64,000 nt of DNA from NCBI GenBank assembly GCA_963662405.2, contig CAXXKT010000001.1, forward strand, positions 1,696,001-1,760,000, written 5' to 3'. Origin of the DNA: Syntrophales bacterium (GTDB lineage Bacteria; Desulfobacterota; Syntrophia; Syntrophales; UBA2210). Each line of letters starts with the position of its first letter. The stretch's first letter is position 1. Of this stretch, positions 19,523-30,835 are shown piece by piece. The notes under the pieces were generated by a model, which worked only from the letters and a program-made list of their open reading frames with translations, did not search any database and was not told where the DNA came from. Both the position numbers and the translations under genes were made by a program.

Positions 19523-21247
19523 ATGAAGATTTTAGTTACTGACGGAGAACAGCGAGCAGCTCTTGCTGTCACGCGATCACTTGGAAAGAGGGGGCATACG
19601 GTTATTGTTTCCTCTGAACATCGACATACGGTATCTTCCTGTTCCAAGTACTCAAAAGGTTCGTTTGTTTATCACAGCCCTGTTTCAGATGAAGGTGCTT
19701 TTGTAGAGGAGGTCAAGAGGATCGTCAAGACTGAAGGGATCGATCTCGTTATTCCCATTTCCGACCTCTCAATGTTTGTCCTGCTTGACCCTCAACACGC
19801 CCTGTCACCGGATGTGATATATCCTTTCCCTTCATACGAACAGTTTTCTTTCGTCAGTGACAAGGTAGAACTGGTGAGGCTCTGCCAGCAGATGAATATC
19901 AATGTGCCCCAGACGATATTCCTCGAGAGCGCCAGTGATCTTGACAGGCAGAAGGATTCGTTAAACTATCCCGTTATCATCAAACCGTATCGGTCGGTCA
20001 TCAAGGTGGCCGGGAGGTGGTTCGGGGGGCGGGTGAAAATGGCCCACAATTATGATGAACTGGCAACCATCTGTGATCATGATATCATATATCGTTTTCC
20101 CTTCATGCTCCAGGAGGTCGTAGCGGGTGAGGGGCGCGGCATATTTACCCTGTATAGAAATGGGAAGCCCGTTGATTGGTTTGCCCACAGAAGGATTCGT
20201 GAAAAACCACCGGAGGGTGGGGTGAGTGTGTTCAGCACCAGTATCAGTCCTCGAGGTACAATGCTCGATGCGGCGAAGAAGGTGCTGGATCGCCTGAAGT
20301 GGCATGGCCCCGCTATGGTGGAATTCAAATATGATACCGCGGCCGACACGTATTACCTGATGGAGATAAACGGGCGATTCTGGGGATCACTGCAACTTGC
20401 GGTGAAGGCGGGAGTGGATTTCCCGTCGTTGTTGCTACGTGATGACGCCGCTGATGATGCCGGGGGGTATCGTGAAGATGTCCGGCTGCGATGGTTCCTG
20501 GGCGATCTGGATCACCATCTTTCACTGTTTCGGCGCCGTCAGGGAATCCAGGAGCGGATTGAGGTAGTGAAGAACTTCCTGCTGTCTTCAAGAGGGGAGG
20601 TGACGTACGACGTCATACAGGCCAATGACATGCGTCCCTTTTGTTATGAGGTTTTCTCCTACGCAACAAACGTTTTCACGGCCATGAAAAATTTGATTAA
20701 CGGTAAAGCAAGAAGATGGAAAAGAACATGGCGGACGTGGTGTCTGCAGAGAATACGGAGGGTCGATCTGTTCCAAAGATTCCTGTTGCAAAAGATGCCG
20801 AAGAAGGTCAAAAGCGTACTGTTCGTCTGCCAGGGGAACATATATCGGAGTTCCTTCGCTGAACATTACACGAGGGCACACATGGGTACGGATCTGATTG
20901 TTGATTCGATTGGTGTGAACACGCTGGATGGTGCCCCGGTGACGATTGGTTCGGAAAAGATGGCCGCGATCCACGGTGTTGATCTTTCGAAACACCGTTT
21001 GAAATCGCGCTCACATATCAAGGGGAAACGGTTCGATGTTGTCTTTGTTATGGAGCGTGATCAGAAAAAAGAGGTCAGGGAGTTTGGGGACGTAATCTTG
21101 GAACTGGGTCTCATGAAGGACGGAAACGATCTGACATATGACATCCCCGATCCCATGGGAAAGACAGAGGTTGAGATGCGGCGGATATACCAAGGGATGT
21201 TAACCCCGTTACACAACGTGCAGAAGATCATCAAACCGGAGAAATGA
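19523..21247 (+). CDS. ATP-grasp protein fused to a C-terminal low-molecular-weight protein-tyrosine-phosphatase-like domain
   Basis: RSLG, PVIIKP, RR.RE.P..GG.S, MEINGRFWGSL, followed by VLFVCQGNIYRS and DIPDP. Confidence 0.85.
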   Translation: MKILVTDGEQRAALAVTRSLGKRGHTVIVSSEHRHTVSSCSKYSKGSFVYHSPVSDEGAFVEEVKRIVKTEGIDLVIPISDLSMFVLLDPQHALSPDVIYPFPSYEQFSFVSDKVELVRLCQQMNINVPQTIFLESASDLDRQKDSLNYPVIIKPYRSVIKVAGRWFGGRVKMAHNYDELATICDHDIIYRFPFMLQEVVAGEGRGIFTLYRNGKPVDWFAHRRIREKPPEGGVSVFSTSISPRGTMLDAAKKVLDRLKWHGPAMVEFKYDTAADTYYLMEINGRFWGSLQLAVKAGVDFPSLLLRDDAADDAGGYREDVRLRWFLGDLDHHLSLFRRRQGIQERIEVVKNFLLSSRGEVTYDVIQANDMRPFCYEVFSYATNVFTAMKNLINGKARRWKRTWRTWCLQRIRRVDLFQRFLLQKMPKKVKSVLFVCQGNIYRSSFAEHYTRAHMGTDLIVDSIGVNTLDGAPVTIGSEKMAAIHGVDLSKHRLKSRSHIKGKRFDVVFVMERDQKKEVREFGDVILELGLMKDGNDLTYDIPDPMGKTEVEMRRIYQGMLTPLHNVQKIIKPEK

Positions 21248-22359
21248 TAAATATCCTTTTTATGTTGGAAACGGGAGGACCGGGGGGGGCCGAGACGGTC
21301 CTTTTGAATGTGGTGAGCAATCTGAACAGAAAGGAGTTCAGACCCTATGTTGTCCTGCTGAAGAAAGGCTGGGCCTATGAAAGACTGCAGGAGGTGACAG
21401 GAGATGTGCACGTTATCTCCTCCCGGCGAGGATATGATCTATCGCTGATAGCCAAGATATACAAATTCATCAAAGATAATAGCATACATATTGTAAATTC
21501 TCACCTCAAGGATATGAACGTTTATTCTTCAATCGCGGCCCGTTTGGTGGGAGTGCCGCATGTCGCGGTTGAACATGGGAATGTTCATCTGGGACCCCTC
21601 TCCCTGCAGAAGAAGGTCAAAGTTAAGTTGACAAACACTTTTACGACTCGTTATATCGCGATTTCCCGCTATACTCTGGGCAAACTCAAAAATATTATCG
21701 GGGACGACAGAAAAATCAAGGTCATTTACAACGGCGTACGAGATGGAGTCCTCCAGAGGGCGGTCAGTAAATCCACCCTGGGGTTCGACCGTGAAGATTT
21801 TCTGGTCTTAAACCTGGCGAATCTGTATCCTGTCAAGAACCATAAGTCCCTCATAGCCGTAGCAAAACGGGTTGTCGAGGCAGAACCCGGAACACGGTTC
21901 CTCATAGCGGGACGGGGAGAGATGGAAGGTGAATTGTCTCATATGATTCATGCATTGGGGCTAGACAAGAACGTGATACTGTTAGGGTATCGTTCAGATG
22001 CCGAACGATTTCTTTCTGCCTGTGATGCATATCTGCAGACATCGGTATCGGAAGGGCTGCCCGTATCGGTTATCGAGGCCATGAGCTATGGAAAACCGGT
22101 TGTTGCAACCGATGTGGGAGGTACGGCGGAACTGATAGATAAAATCCTTGTGAAGCCCGATGATGTGGAGACAATAGCAGAAAAGCTGTTAACATTGATT
22201 AGAGATCAAAAGTTCCGGGAAAAACTGGGAGATGAAAATTATCTGAAATATAAGAAGATGTTTACTGTCAGCACGATGGTTTCTGAATATGAACAGTTGT
22301 ATAAATCGCTCGTCAGCGAAGAGACGAGAGCACAATATCAGGGCACGATTAAGGATTGA
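21244..22359 (+). CDS. Glycosyltransferase GT4
   Basis: GPGGAE, K.H..LI, SEGLPVSVIEAM motifs; ATGA overlap with upstream gene. Confidence 0.9.
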   Translation: MINILFMLETGGPGGAETVLLNVVSNLNRKEFRPYVVLLKKGWAYERLQEVTGDVHVISSRRGYDLSLIAKIYKFIKDNSIHIVNSHLKDMNVYSSIAARLVGVPHVAVEHGNVHLGPLSLQKKVKVKLTNTFTTRYIAISRYTLGKLKNIIGDDRKIKVIYNGVRDGVLQRAVSKSTLGFDREDFLVLNLANLYPVKNHKSLIAVAKRVVEAEPGTRFLIAGRGEMEGELSHMIHALGLDKNVILLGYRSDAERFLSACDAYLQTSVSEGLPVSVIEAMSYGKPVVATDVGGTAELIDKILVKPDDVETIAEKLLTLIRDQKFREKLGDENYLKYKKMFTVSTMVSEYEQLYKSLVSEETRAQYQGTIKD

Positions 22360-22373
22360 TAGGAGAAAATGAC

Positions 22374-23057
22374 ATGTCCGATATTTTGCGTATCGCCAAA
22401 AATATGTATCATGCGATTATACCTCGATTTGTCCAGGAATCTTCGTTTGTTTACAGACTGAAAAATCTGGTTGGACACAATGTCATCTATGATTCTGACT
22501 ATTACGACCGGCAGGGCGAGGGTGTTGCCCTCCGGAGTGCCGGAGTCATATCAGAATCAATCGTCACCGAGTTTACACCGAACCGGGTTGTAGACGTGGG
22601 GTGTGGTACCGGTGCGCTGCTCGAAGCCCTGCGTGACAGAGGATGCGAAGTATATGGGCTTGAATATTCCAGTGCCGCGCTCAAATACTGCCGTGCTCGG
22701 AAACTCGATGTCATCAAATTTAACATCGAACGGGACACCTTTCGTGACGATCGTGTCTTTGATGTAGCTATCAGCACGGAGGTTGCGGAACATCTGCCTG
22801 AAAAAGAAGCGGACCGTTACATAGACCTGCTGACCCGGTTGTCTGACACGGTCGTATTTACCGCGGCTCCTCCCGGTCAGGGGGGGGGAGGCCATGTTAA
22901 CGAACAGTCTCCGTCATATTGAATATCGAAATACAGGGAACGGGGTTTCGAGCTCGATGAAAAACTGTCAGATCACTGGAAGCAAAACTGGAAGGCAAGT
23001 GCCAGCGTTCAGCATTTTTATTACCATAATGTGATGGTCTTCAGGAAAATTCGGTAA
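22374..23057 (+). pseudogene. Class I SAM methyltransferase interrupted by an in-frame TGA at 22920-22922
   Basis: AGGAG RBS and ATG 22374; VDVGCGTG, EVAEHL, GQGG..HVNEQ..Y[TGA]I motifs; frame stays open 44 more codons to TAA at 23055-23057. Confidence 0.8.
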
Positions 23058-23309
23058 ACCGGGACGTGGACGGGCATATGCCGCAGACTCCTTCTGTGCG
23101 ACCACAAAACGGGAAAATGAGATTGAAAGAAATGAAATGGGCTGTACTCATTGAGGAATCATGATGAGGTAGTACGCACTTTGGAGTTTATGTCTGTGGT
23201 CAGGATTTTTTCGCAGAAAGGTGAATATTCTCGCGAATAACGGGTGCGTTAATCTGGCGCGAAAAATATGGCTGATTTGAAATGATAGGTGGATAAAAGG
23301 AGAATAGCG

Positions 23310-24485
23310 ATGGCTAAAAAGAGGATTCTTTTTGTTGAACTAACCCAAGACGGAACTATCGGTGGATCTCATTATTGTTTGCTGTATCTGATTCGAGGAT
23401 TAGATCGATCAAAATATGAGCCGGTAACCGTCTTTTATGAGGACAGCCCTTTGGTTGATGAATTTCGACATGAGGGTGAGACAATCGTCATGAACACTGT
23501 GAAGTATTATTCGAAAGGTGGATTTATCATTAGAAAACCAATAAATTTTGTGTTGCTTCTCGGCTTTATTCTTACATGCTACCGATTTATTCGTAAGAAT
23601 AATATCGACCTGGTCCATCTGAACAATTCTATTGGTGTAGGGTATGACACATGGCTCATCGCCTCTCGTCTGGCGAAGATACCGTGTATCACCCATGACC
23701 GTTCATTTTCGGCATATCCTGTAAATAAATTATTTTTTAGGCTCCTTTTTAAACGGTATGATCGAGTATTAGCTGTGTCAAATGTCATTAGGGACAATAT
23801 TCTGAAATATGGTTTTGACCCACGATTCGTTGTTACCGTCTACGATGGTATTGACGCTGATTCATACAGGAAAAGAGTCACGAAAACGAAAGAAGAAATA
23901 TTCAAAGAATTTAATATGTCTCACAAGACCCCATTGTTGGGATTAGTGGGGAATGTCCGTCAGTGGAAAGGGCAAGAATATTTAATAGATGCATTAAAGA
24001 TCGTACACGATAATCTCATCGATTTTAAATGTTTGCTGATTGGGTCAGTTGCGACAAATACCGACGCTGATGTCCTGTTTAAGGATAGGCTGATCGAAAA
24101 GATTGATAAATATGGTCTTGGTGAAAAGATAATTTTTACGGGATACCGGCCTGATGTCCCGGATTTGATAAACGCTCTGGATATACAAATCAATGCATCC
24201 ATAAAACCCGATCCGTTCCCGCATGTTATTCTTGAAGGGCTATCGCTGGGCAACGTAATAATTGCGACAAATCTTGGGGGCGCAAGGGAAAGTATCGAAG
24301 ACGGAGTGAGCGGGTTTCTTATTTCCCATAATAACCCAAAAGAGTTTGCTGAAAGAATTATGAACGTGCTATCGAATAACGATGTGTCAAATAAGATACA
24401 AGCAGGTGCTACAAACAGGATCCCACTCTTCAGCATAGAGAAAAATGTACATTATACCGAACTGATTTATGATGAATTATTATGA
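23310..24485 (+). CDS. Glycosyltransferase GT4
   Basis: IGGS, WKGQ, PDPFPHVILEGL motifs; AGGAG RBS. Confidence 0.88.
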   Translation: MAKKRILFVELTQDGTIGGSHYCLLYLIRGLDRSKYEPVTVFYEDSPLVDEFRHEGETIVMNTVKYYSKGGFIIRKPINFVLLLGFILTCYRFIRKNNIDLVHLNNSIGVGYDTWLIASRLAKIPCITHDRSFSAYPVNKLFFRLLFKRYDRVLAVSNVIRDNILKYGFDPRFVVTVYDGIDADSYRKRVTKTKEEIFKEFNMSHKTPLLGLVGNVRQWKGQEYLIDALKIVHDNLIDFKCLLIGSVATNTDADVLFKDRLIEKIDKYGLGEKIIFTGYRPDVPDLINALDIQINASIKPDPFPHVILEGLSLGNVIIATNLGGARESIEDGVSGFLISHNNPKEFAERIMNVLSNNDVSNKIQAGATNRIPLFSIEKNVHYTELIYDELL

Positions 24486-24590
24486 CAACGTGAGCCGATC
24501 TTTTTTTGCGCGGCGGATGTCTGAATGATAATTACTTTCGCTGGTTATCAATGACATACCCGTCTGGTTCCTGAGAGTGAAGTTGGTTTT

Positions 24591-25559
24591 ATGAAGCAGC
24601 CGTTTATACTCACCAACCATAAAGGACAAGATCGAAGTGAGACGTGGGCTCGTGCTACCGATTATATCGAACATAAACGATATACATCATCCCACTCTCT
24701 CAATTCGTTTATTAATGCATACCGTCTCTTCAGGCGACGTAAACATTATGACGCGGTTGTCCTTGGTGGTTACGCGAGGGAAGACATGTTCTACCTCTTG
24801 ATGCAAAGACTCAGCCCTTTTCTCAGGAGACCCGTTGTAAGAAACGAATGTCTCTGGAATAAGGCGAGGCCGACAATCCATCAATTCAAAAAAATTCTAT
24901 TTCAATTTTTGGACCCTGTGGTCAGTCGATATATCGTGTATGCCAGGAGTGAGATCGATGCGTTCCCCGAGGTGTTTGGTCTTCCTCGGGAGAAATTTCA
25001 ATTTATTCCTTATCATAACACCCTGGGATCCAACAATTTCTCAGTTTGCCGGGGAGAATATCTATTTAGTGGCGGAAATTCAAATAGGGATTATTCCCAG
25101 CTTGCGCAAGCGGTTGATGGTCTTAACCTGAGAGTAGTCATTGCCTGTTCTGACACGAGGTTACTTCAAAACATCGCTTTCCCGGACAACGTCGAATTGG
25201 TCAACGTTCATCGTGACGAATTTAGGCGTTTGATGGCGGAGTCCGGCATCAATGTAGTGGCACTGAGAAAAGGGCTTCTTCGATCGGCGGGACATCAAAC
25301 TTTTTTGAATGCCATGACTATGGGGAAGGCGGTTATAGTTACCGATCCCAAAAGTGCGAGGGATTATATAGAAGACGAGGTTGATGGCATGTTGGTTCCT
25401 CCGGGTGATCCGGTTGCACTGAGAGCAGCCATTCTTAGATTGATGAAAGATCCTGATTTTGCTCTCAAGCTCGGTCAGGCAGCAATGAAAAAAGCGATAA
25501 AATGGGATACCGAAACCCATCTCTCTGCAACGGTTGGTGTGGTAGAATCTATTATGTAG
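24591..25559 (+). CDS. Glycosyltransferase, GT4-like
   Basis: SGG...RDY, AG....LNAM.MGK.VI motifs. Confidence 0.8.
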   Translation: MKQPFILTNHKGQDRSETWARATDYIEHKRYTSSHSLNSFINAYRLFRRRKHYDAVVLGGYAREDMFYLLMQRLSPFLRRPVVRNECLWNKARPTIHQFKKILFQFLDPVVSRYIVYARSEIDAFPEVFGLPREKFQFIPYHNTLGSNNFSVCRGEYLFSGGNSNRDYSQLAQAVDGLNLRVVIACSDTRLLQNIAFPDNVELVNVHRDEFRRLMAESGINVVALRKGLLRSAGHQTFLNAMTMGKAVIVTDPKSARDYIEDEVDGMLVPPGDPVALRAAILRLMKDPDFALKLGQAAMKKAIKWDTETHLSATVGVVESIM

Positions 25560-25648
25560 ATACAAGAACTAAAAACAGTTTGTCTTGGTGAGCCACGCAT
25601 CTTCGCGTTGAACCTTATGGATCAAAAAAGTGAACGGAATCTGAGACT

Positions 25649-26890
25649 GTGCAGAATACATCGAACACGACAAACAGTGAAACAGGTTATGAATACTCTA
25701 TGTATACCGGCGTTCGGAATAAAACGGACACTGTTTTATTAGTCGCAAATTATGCTTCTGATGTCGGTTATGCTTGGTGGCTCATGGAGAGTTTTTGGGC
25801 TAAGTTAGCTGATCATTATCATGTAAAGAACCATGTGCTTCTAGCATATCCTGAAATTTCAATGTTACCTGCGTCGATACTCAAAGCACCATTACAAACA
25901 GTCAGACAGGATTTTCATGGTTTAACTTTTAAAGAGATTATGACTCAGTGTTATTTCATTAAGCGTCACCATGTGAGTACAATATATTTTTCTGATCGGG
26001 CTACCGTTTCATGGAAATACCTCTTATATCGAGTTTATGGGGTTAAGCTAATTATCGTGCACGATCATACCCCAGGTATGCGTACGCCTGTTCGTGGACT
26101 TAAGGCTTTTCTTAAGAAAACCATTCATCTCCTGCCGTGGGTTTCTGTAGACGGGGCGATTGGGGCGACTGATTTTGTGCGCCAAAGGTTGATCACGTGT
26201 AATGGGATGCCAGCAAAACGGTGCTATGTGGCACCAAATGGACTTCCACCAATGAATCTTTACCCAGTTCCAGCTGATTTGCACAGGTTATTCAATATTC
26301 CTGCTCAAAGAAAAGTCATGGTTATGACTGGAAGAGCTCATCGTTACAAAGGAATACAGTTTATCTTGGAATGCATATATCAGATGAATAGGGAGGCGAA
26401 ACAACAGTTACATTTTCTTTTTGTCGGTGAAGGTCCAGATCTGGAGCTTTTTGTCAAAACAGCAGACCGATTGGGCGTTTCTGATCAATGTTCTTTTGTA
26501 GGTAACCGCGATGACATTCCATCCTTACTTGAAGGTGCCGATTTTGCCATACATGCTTCCCAAGGTGAAGTCGGTTATTCACTCTCGGTGCTTGAGTATA
26601 TGCGTGCGGGTCTTCCGGTTGTAGTTCCTGACAATCCTTCAGTTTGTGGCGCTACGGTGCATGAATTAACAGGTATGATATATGCGGAAGGCAATATTCT
26701 ATCTGCCATATCCATGATTGACAAGCTTGTATTCGATGAAAATCTGAGAAAAGATTTAGGTGCCAGAGCGCGAAATAAGGCGCAACAATATTCCTTGCAA
26801 GCAACACATGAGGGACTTCTTGGGGCGTTTGAGAAAATTGATCGTAAAAAAATATTAACCAAAGGAGAAGAATCTGTAATTTCTGGGTGA
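25649..26890 (+). CDS. Glycosyltransferase GT4
   Basis: GR...YKG, GEVGYSLSVLEYM..G.P motifs; start uncertain. Confidence 0.85.
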   Translation: MQNTSNTTNSETGYEYSMYTGVRNKTDTVLLVANYASDVGYAWWLMESFWAKLADHYHVKNHVLLAYPEISMLPASILKAPLQTVRQDFHGLTFKEIMTQCYFIKRHHVSTIYFSDRATVSWKYLLYRVYGVKLIIVHDHTPGMRTPVRGLKAFLKKTIHLLPWVSVDGAIGATDFVRQRLITCNGMPAKRCYVAPNGLPPMNLYPVPADLHRLFNIPAQRKVMVMTGRAHRYKGIQFILECIYQMNREAKQQLHFLFVGEGPDLELFVKTADRLGVSDQCSFVGNRDDIPSLLEGADFAIHASQGEVGYSLSVLEYMRAGLPVVVPDNPSVCGATVHELTGMIYAEGNILSAISMIDKLVFDENLRKDLGARARNKAQQYSLQATHEGLLGAFEKIDRKKILTKGEESVISG

Positions 26891-27093
26891 GAATTAATAT
26901 GTAGATAATTGGAAAACTATAACTTTTATCACACATTTTCTGTCAAAAATAATTTTCAAGAATGAGCTTGTCGATTTTACAGAGAAAAAGTTGTGGGATT
27001 ATGCAATATGCAATGAACATTCGTGAGGGTGAAGAGATCAAATTCATTGTTTCCAGCAGAGTTTTTTGAGAAACTTGGTATAATGCTAAATAG

Positions 27094-27579
27094 TTGAGGA
27101 AAAAGAAAGGGATACCCTCAATAGTGAAGATTTCTTTTGATGGCAGAAAGGGGCGGGTCAGGTCAAGTGTCCGGCGGGACAGGACAAAAACGCAGAAATC
27201 CGTCGGTGATGTGGTGCGAGAGTTGAAGCAAGGCATGAAGAAACCTCCTGAAGAGGAATACCGAGAACGCTCGCTCTCGATTCACGGGCTCGTATGTGCG
27301 CGGTGTGGAAGGGAATTTGACCATGCCAACAGGCACCTTCTCACCGTTCATCACAAAGACGGCAACCACCACAACAATCCGCCCGATGGAAGTAACTGGG
27401 AGAACCTATGTGTTTACTGCCATGAAGACGTGCACAGTAGGGAGATGTTAGGAGAATATCTAGACGGGACCTCCAGGGGGCGAAATGATGTGATGGTCTA
27501 CGAAGAAGATATCCCCGGAGAATTCGGCTCACTGGGGGCCAAGCTTCAGGAAGCTCTGAAAGGCAAGCGAAAGAAATAG
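27094..27579 (+). CDS. YajD-family HNH nuclease; start uncertain (GTG 27124 plausible)
   Basis: YRE......CARCGREF...LTVHHKD.NH.NNP.DGSNWE.LC.YCH..H.R. Confidence 0.85.
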   Translation: MRKKKGIPSIVKISFDGRKGRVRSSVRRDRTKTQKSVGDVVRELKQGMKKPPEEEYRERSLSIHGLVCARCGREFDHANRHLLTVHHKDGNHHNNPPDGSNWENLCVYCHEDVHSREMLGEYLDGTSRGRNDVMVYEEDIPGEFGSLGAKLQEALKGKRKK

Positions 27580-27607
27580 TAGAACGGCGGTAATAAACTG
27601 ACCACTT

Positions 27608-28381
27608 TCAGGCAAAATTTTCATTTTTAATGAATATGTCGCCATATGGATACCTCGGTAATCGCTGCTTCAGGTCATCAGGAAACCATTCTAAAAATTG
27701 TTCGAGTGACTTCCACTCAGTCAGATAGAAGGAGGCCGATTCGGCTGGGGTAATATTGATATAGCTTGTCCCCCAATCTAGCAATCTTTCCAGGCATGAT
27801 ACGGTTCTTGCTATCCCCTGTTCGTTGAGGTGAAACTCGAAGGAGATGAGCGGTATCGGTTGTGACAGTCCCTTGAGTACCTCCAGTTCCCATCCTTCCA
27901 CATCAATTTTGCAATAAAACGGGTTTCCAAAGGCCTTGATGGCGGCGTCGAGGGTCACCACGGGTACCTGATAGGTGCCCACTATATTCGCTGTTTTTTG
28001 CCAGTTGCGGTCAAGGCTTGACTTCCCGGAATCCCGGGTGGCGTGCAATGTGGCAATGCTTCCCTCGGATCCCACAGCCGTGTTCACCAGAGTCCAGTTC
28101 TTGCGCTTGCCGCATCGTGCTTTGAGTTCGGGAAGCGCTTCGGGAGAAGGCTCAAATGCTACAACGTGGGCCCCGGCCTTGAGCATCGCTTCCGATTTCT
28201 CTCCGATATTCGCGCCCACGTCAAAACAGAGGGCAGAAGTGGGCAGTAAAGATTTATAGAAGCGTATATCGTTTTTGTAATCTCGGAGTTCATCGGGACG
28301 CAATAAGCGGGAAAGCCATCGGGCCTGACGGTACGTCCCCGTTTTCAGGGAAATATGTTTCACTGTGGTTGATACAGCCAT
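27608..28381 (-). CDS. FkbM-family methyltransferase
   Basis: FDVGANIG, FEP, TLD, KIDVEG.E..VL.G motifs. Confidence 0.9.
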   Translation of the reverse strand: MAVSTTVKHISLKTGTYRQARWLSRLLRPDELRDYKNDIRFYKSLLPTSALCFDVGANIGEKSEAMLKAGAHVVAFEPSPEALPELKARCGKRKNWTLVNTAVGSEGSIATLHATRDSGKSSLDRNWQKTANIVGTYQVPVVTLDAAIKAFGNPFYCKIDVEGWELEVLKGLSQPIPLISFEFHLNEQGIARTVSCLERLLDWGTSYINITPAESASFYLTEWKSLEQFLEWFPDDLKQRLPRYPYGDIFIKNENFA

Positions 28382-28512
28382 ACAAAACGTTCCTCCAAAA
28401 ACATGGGTCCTTTAGTATCTTCCTCCATTCCCGGCCCTCCTCAAGAAAACACAGACAGAAATAATCTTATGGGGGACACGGTAATGCTCGAAGCGGGTCT
28501 ATGATCTCACCC

Positions 28513-28713
28513 TTATGGGATGAGTATTCCTTTGGGGTCGTTATTTGATTCGGTCTTGTCGCCGACCGAGGTCCCGCAGTAGACGCAGGTGTAATCGTAT
28601 TTGTCCCCGCCAGTCAGCACCAGGAGCAGCCTCTTGCGGACCGGCACGGCCCGCTTGCACCGGGGGCAGTACAGCTCCGTAGCGTCGAAATCTTTGTACG
28701 TCCTTTCCTTCAT
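28513..28713 (-). CDS. Small zinc-ribbon protein (CxxC...CxxC)
   Basis: CPRC and CVYC pairs; start overlaps the nadE stop (ATGA). Confidence 0.75.
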   Translation of the reverse strand: MKERTYKDFDATELYCPRCKRAVPVRKRLLLVLTGGDKYDYTCVYCGTSVGDKTESNNDPKGILIP

Positions 28714-30773
28714 TTCACCTTTTCCTTTTCCGGTATCAATTCAGCATTTTTCAGCCATACCGTGGCCTCGCTGTCACTGGGGGCGCGGTAGTCTCCCCGC
28801 GGTGAGAGCGATCCCCCCGACCCCACCTTGGGGGCGTTCGGGATGCAGGATCTCTTGAACTGGCTGGTCTTGAAGAACCGATACAAAAAAACCTGCAGCC
28901 AATGTCTGATCTCGCCGATCGTGTAGGCCCGCCTCTTGTGTTCGGGAACGGCCGGCCATGAACCCCTGTTCTTGTCCCGCCACGCACAGTACGCCATGAA
29001 GGCGATCTTGGTGGGGAGATACCCGAACCGTGTGGTATAAAAGGTGTTGAAGTCCTGCAGTTCATACGGTCCGATCGTCTCCTCCGTCACCTGCGCCGGT
29101 TGGTCTCCGTTTTCTCCCGGTACCAGCTCCGGGCTGATCTCCGTCTCCAGGATGTCCAGCAGGATTGTTGAGGTTTCCCCGCCGAATTGTTCGGACTGCG
29201 CCACCCAGCGGATCAGGTACTGTATCAGGGTCTTGGGGACGCTCGCGTTGACGTTGTAGTGTGACATGTGATCACCGACACCGTATGTACACCACCCGAG
29301 AGCCAGTTCGCTCAGGTCGCCCGTCCCGACGACGATCCCCCCCCGCAGATTGGCGATTCGGAAGAGATGCGACGTCCGCTCTCCCGCCTGGACGTTCTCG
29401 AAGGTGATGTCGTAGACAGGATCTTCCTGGGCGAAGGGGTGACCGATATCCCGGAACATCTGGCGGCAGCTCTCCCTGATGTCGATCTCGTTTGCCTCGA
29501 CCCCCAAGGATTTCATCAGGGCCGTCGCGTTTGCGTAGGTCTTTTCCGATGTGGCGAAGCCGGGCATCGTGTAGGCCTTGATGTTGGTGCGGGGGAGGCC
29601 GAGGAGGTCCATCGTCCGCGCCGTCACGATCAGGGCATGGGTCGAATCGAGGCCTCCCGACACGCCGATCACGAGATTTCCAAGTCCTGAGGACCTCACC
29701 CGCTGCGCGAGGCCCCCCACCTGTATGTTGTAGGCCTCGTAGCACCGCTGGTCCCGCTTGCTCTGATCCGACGGGATATAGGGATAACGGGCGTACTCCC
29801 TACTCAGGAGGAGTTTTTTTTTTGCTGGTACCTCGACGGTGAAGGGGATCTTCCGGAACCGGGCGACGGCCTCACGGTGGGTTCGCGCGTTCTGCCCGAA
29901 ACCGGTCATCCGCATCCGGTCCTGGACGAGACGGTCCAGGTCGATATCGGCTTGGATGATCTGGGCTTCCTGTGAGAAGCGCTGCGATTCCGCGAGGAGA
30001 TTACCGTTCTCACATATTATGGCATGACCGTCCCACGCCAGATCGGTGGTCGATTCCCCGGGACCCGAGCCGGCGTAGAGATAAGCGGCTAGGAGCCGAG
30101 CCGACTGGTTCATGACGAGGCTGGTGCGGTATTCAGCCTTCCCCACGGTGATATTGGAGGCGGACAGGTTGGCGATGACCGTGGCGCCAGCCAAGGCCGC
30201 AAAGCTCGACGGGGGGATGGAGACCCATACGTCTTCGCATATCTCGAGAAAGAGACTGAAGTTTTTTATATTCTTTGCCTCAAATAGTAAGTCGGCACCG
30301 AAGGGGATATTAGTTTGGCCACAGAGGTCGATCTCCTTCGAGATGATTTCCTCGGCGGGGCTGAACTGGCGCCCCTCGTAGAACTCTCGGTAGTTGGGGA
30401 GGTATGACTTGACCCCGATCCCCAGGATCTTCCCCCGATAAAGGAGCAGGCCGCAGTTGAAGAGGAGCGTATCGACCCGCAGGGGCGCGCCGACGGCCAT
30501 GATCATGTTGAGATTACGGGTCTCGTCGAGGAGGGTCTCCAGGGCGGCGAGGGTCCCCTCCAGGAGGGCGTCCTGATGGAAGAGATCCTCGTTCGAGTAG
30601 GCCGATATCCCCAGTTCCGGGAAGAGGGTGAAGAGGGCCCCCTCTTCCACGGCCTTCTTCGCCAGTTCGACGGTGCGCGCGGTGTTGAAATCGGGGTCCG
30701 CGACCCGGACCTCCGGGATACAGACGGCGGTCTTTATGAAGCCGTGGTTATAGAGGTTAAAAAACTGCTCCAT
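28710..30773 (-). CDS. nadE: Glutamine-dependent NAD+ synthetase
   Basis: Nitrilase domain (FPEL, K.YLPNY.EFYE, EICED) plus SGGLDST synthetase motif; AGGAG RBS before ATG 30773. Confidence 0.95.
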   Translation of the reverse strand: MEQFFNLYNHGFIKTAVCIPEVRVADPDFNTARTVELAKKAVEEGALFTLFPELGISAYSNEDLFHQDALLEGTLAALETLLDETRNLNMIMAVGAPLRVDTLLFNCGLLLYRGKILGIGVKSYLPNYREFYEGRQFSPAEEIISKEIDLCGQTNIPFGADLLFEAKNIKNFSLFLEICEDVWVSIPPSSFAALAGATVIANLSASNITVGKAEYRTSLVMNQSARLLAAYLYAGSGPGESTTDLAWDGHAIICENGNLLAESQRFSQEAQIIQADIDLDRLVQDRMRMTGFGQNARTHREAVARFRKIPFTVEVPAKKKLLLSREYARYPYIPSDQSKRDQRCYEAYNIQVGGLAQRVRSSGLGNLVIGVSGGLDSTHALIVTARTMDLLGLPRTNIKAYTMPGFATSEKTYANATALMKSLGVEANEIDIRESCRQMFRDIGHPFAQEDPVYDITFENVQAGERTSHLFRIANLRGGIVVGTGDLSELALGWCTYGVGDHMSHYNVNASVPKTLIQYLIRWVAQSEQFGGETSTILLDILETEISPELVPGENGDQPAQVTEETIGPYELQDFNTFYTTRFGYLPTKIAFMAYCAWRDKNRGSWPAVPEHKRRAYTIGEIRHWLQVFLYRFFKTSQFKRSCIPNAPKVGSGGSLSPRGDYRAPSDSEATVWLKNAELIPEKEKVK

Positions 30774-30835
30774 TTCTCCTCTTTTCAAGGGGGTATATAT
30801 CCCGCTCGTTTCGAAAAATTTCAATATATGAGAGA

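Noticed and set aside
21282..21289. G8 tract near the 5' end of a GT4 gene as a phase-variation switch (also G9 at 22880 and 42308)
   Set aside because: G8-G10 runs also occur in housekeeping genes here (aspS, SDR 48718-48727) and encode Gly/Pro motifs; all are in frame
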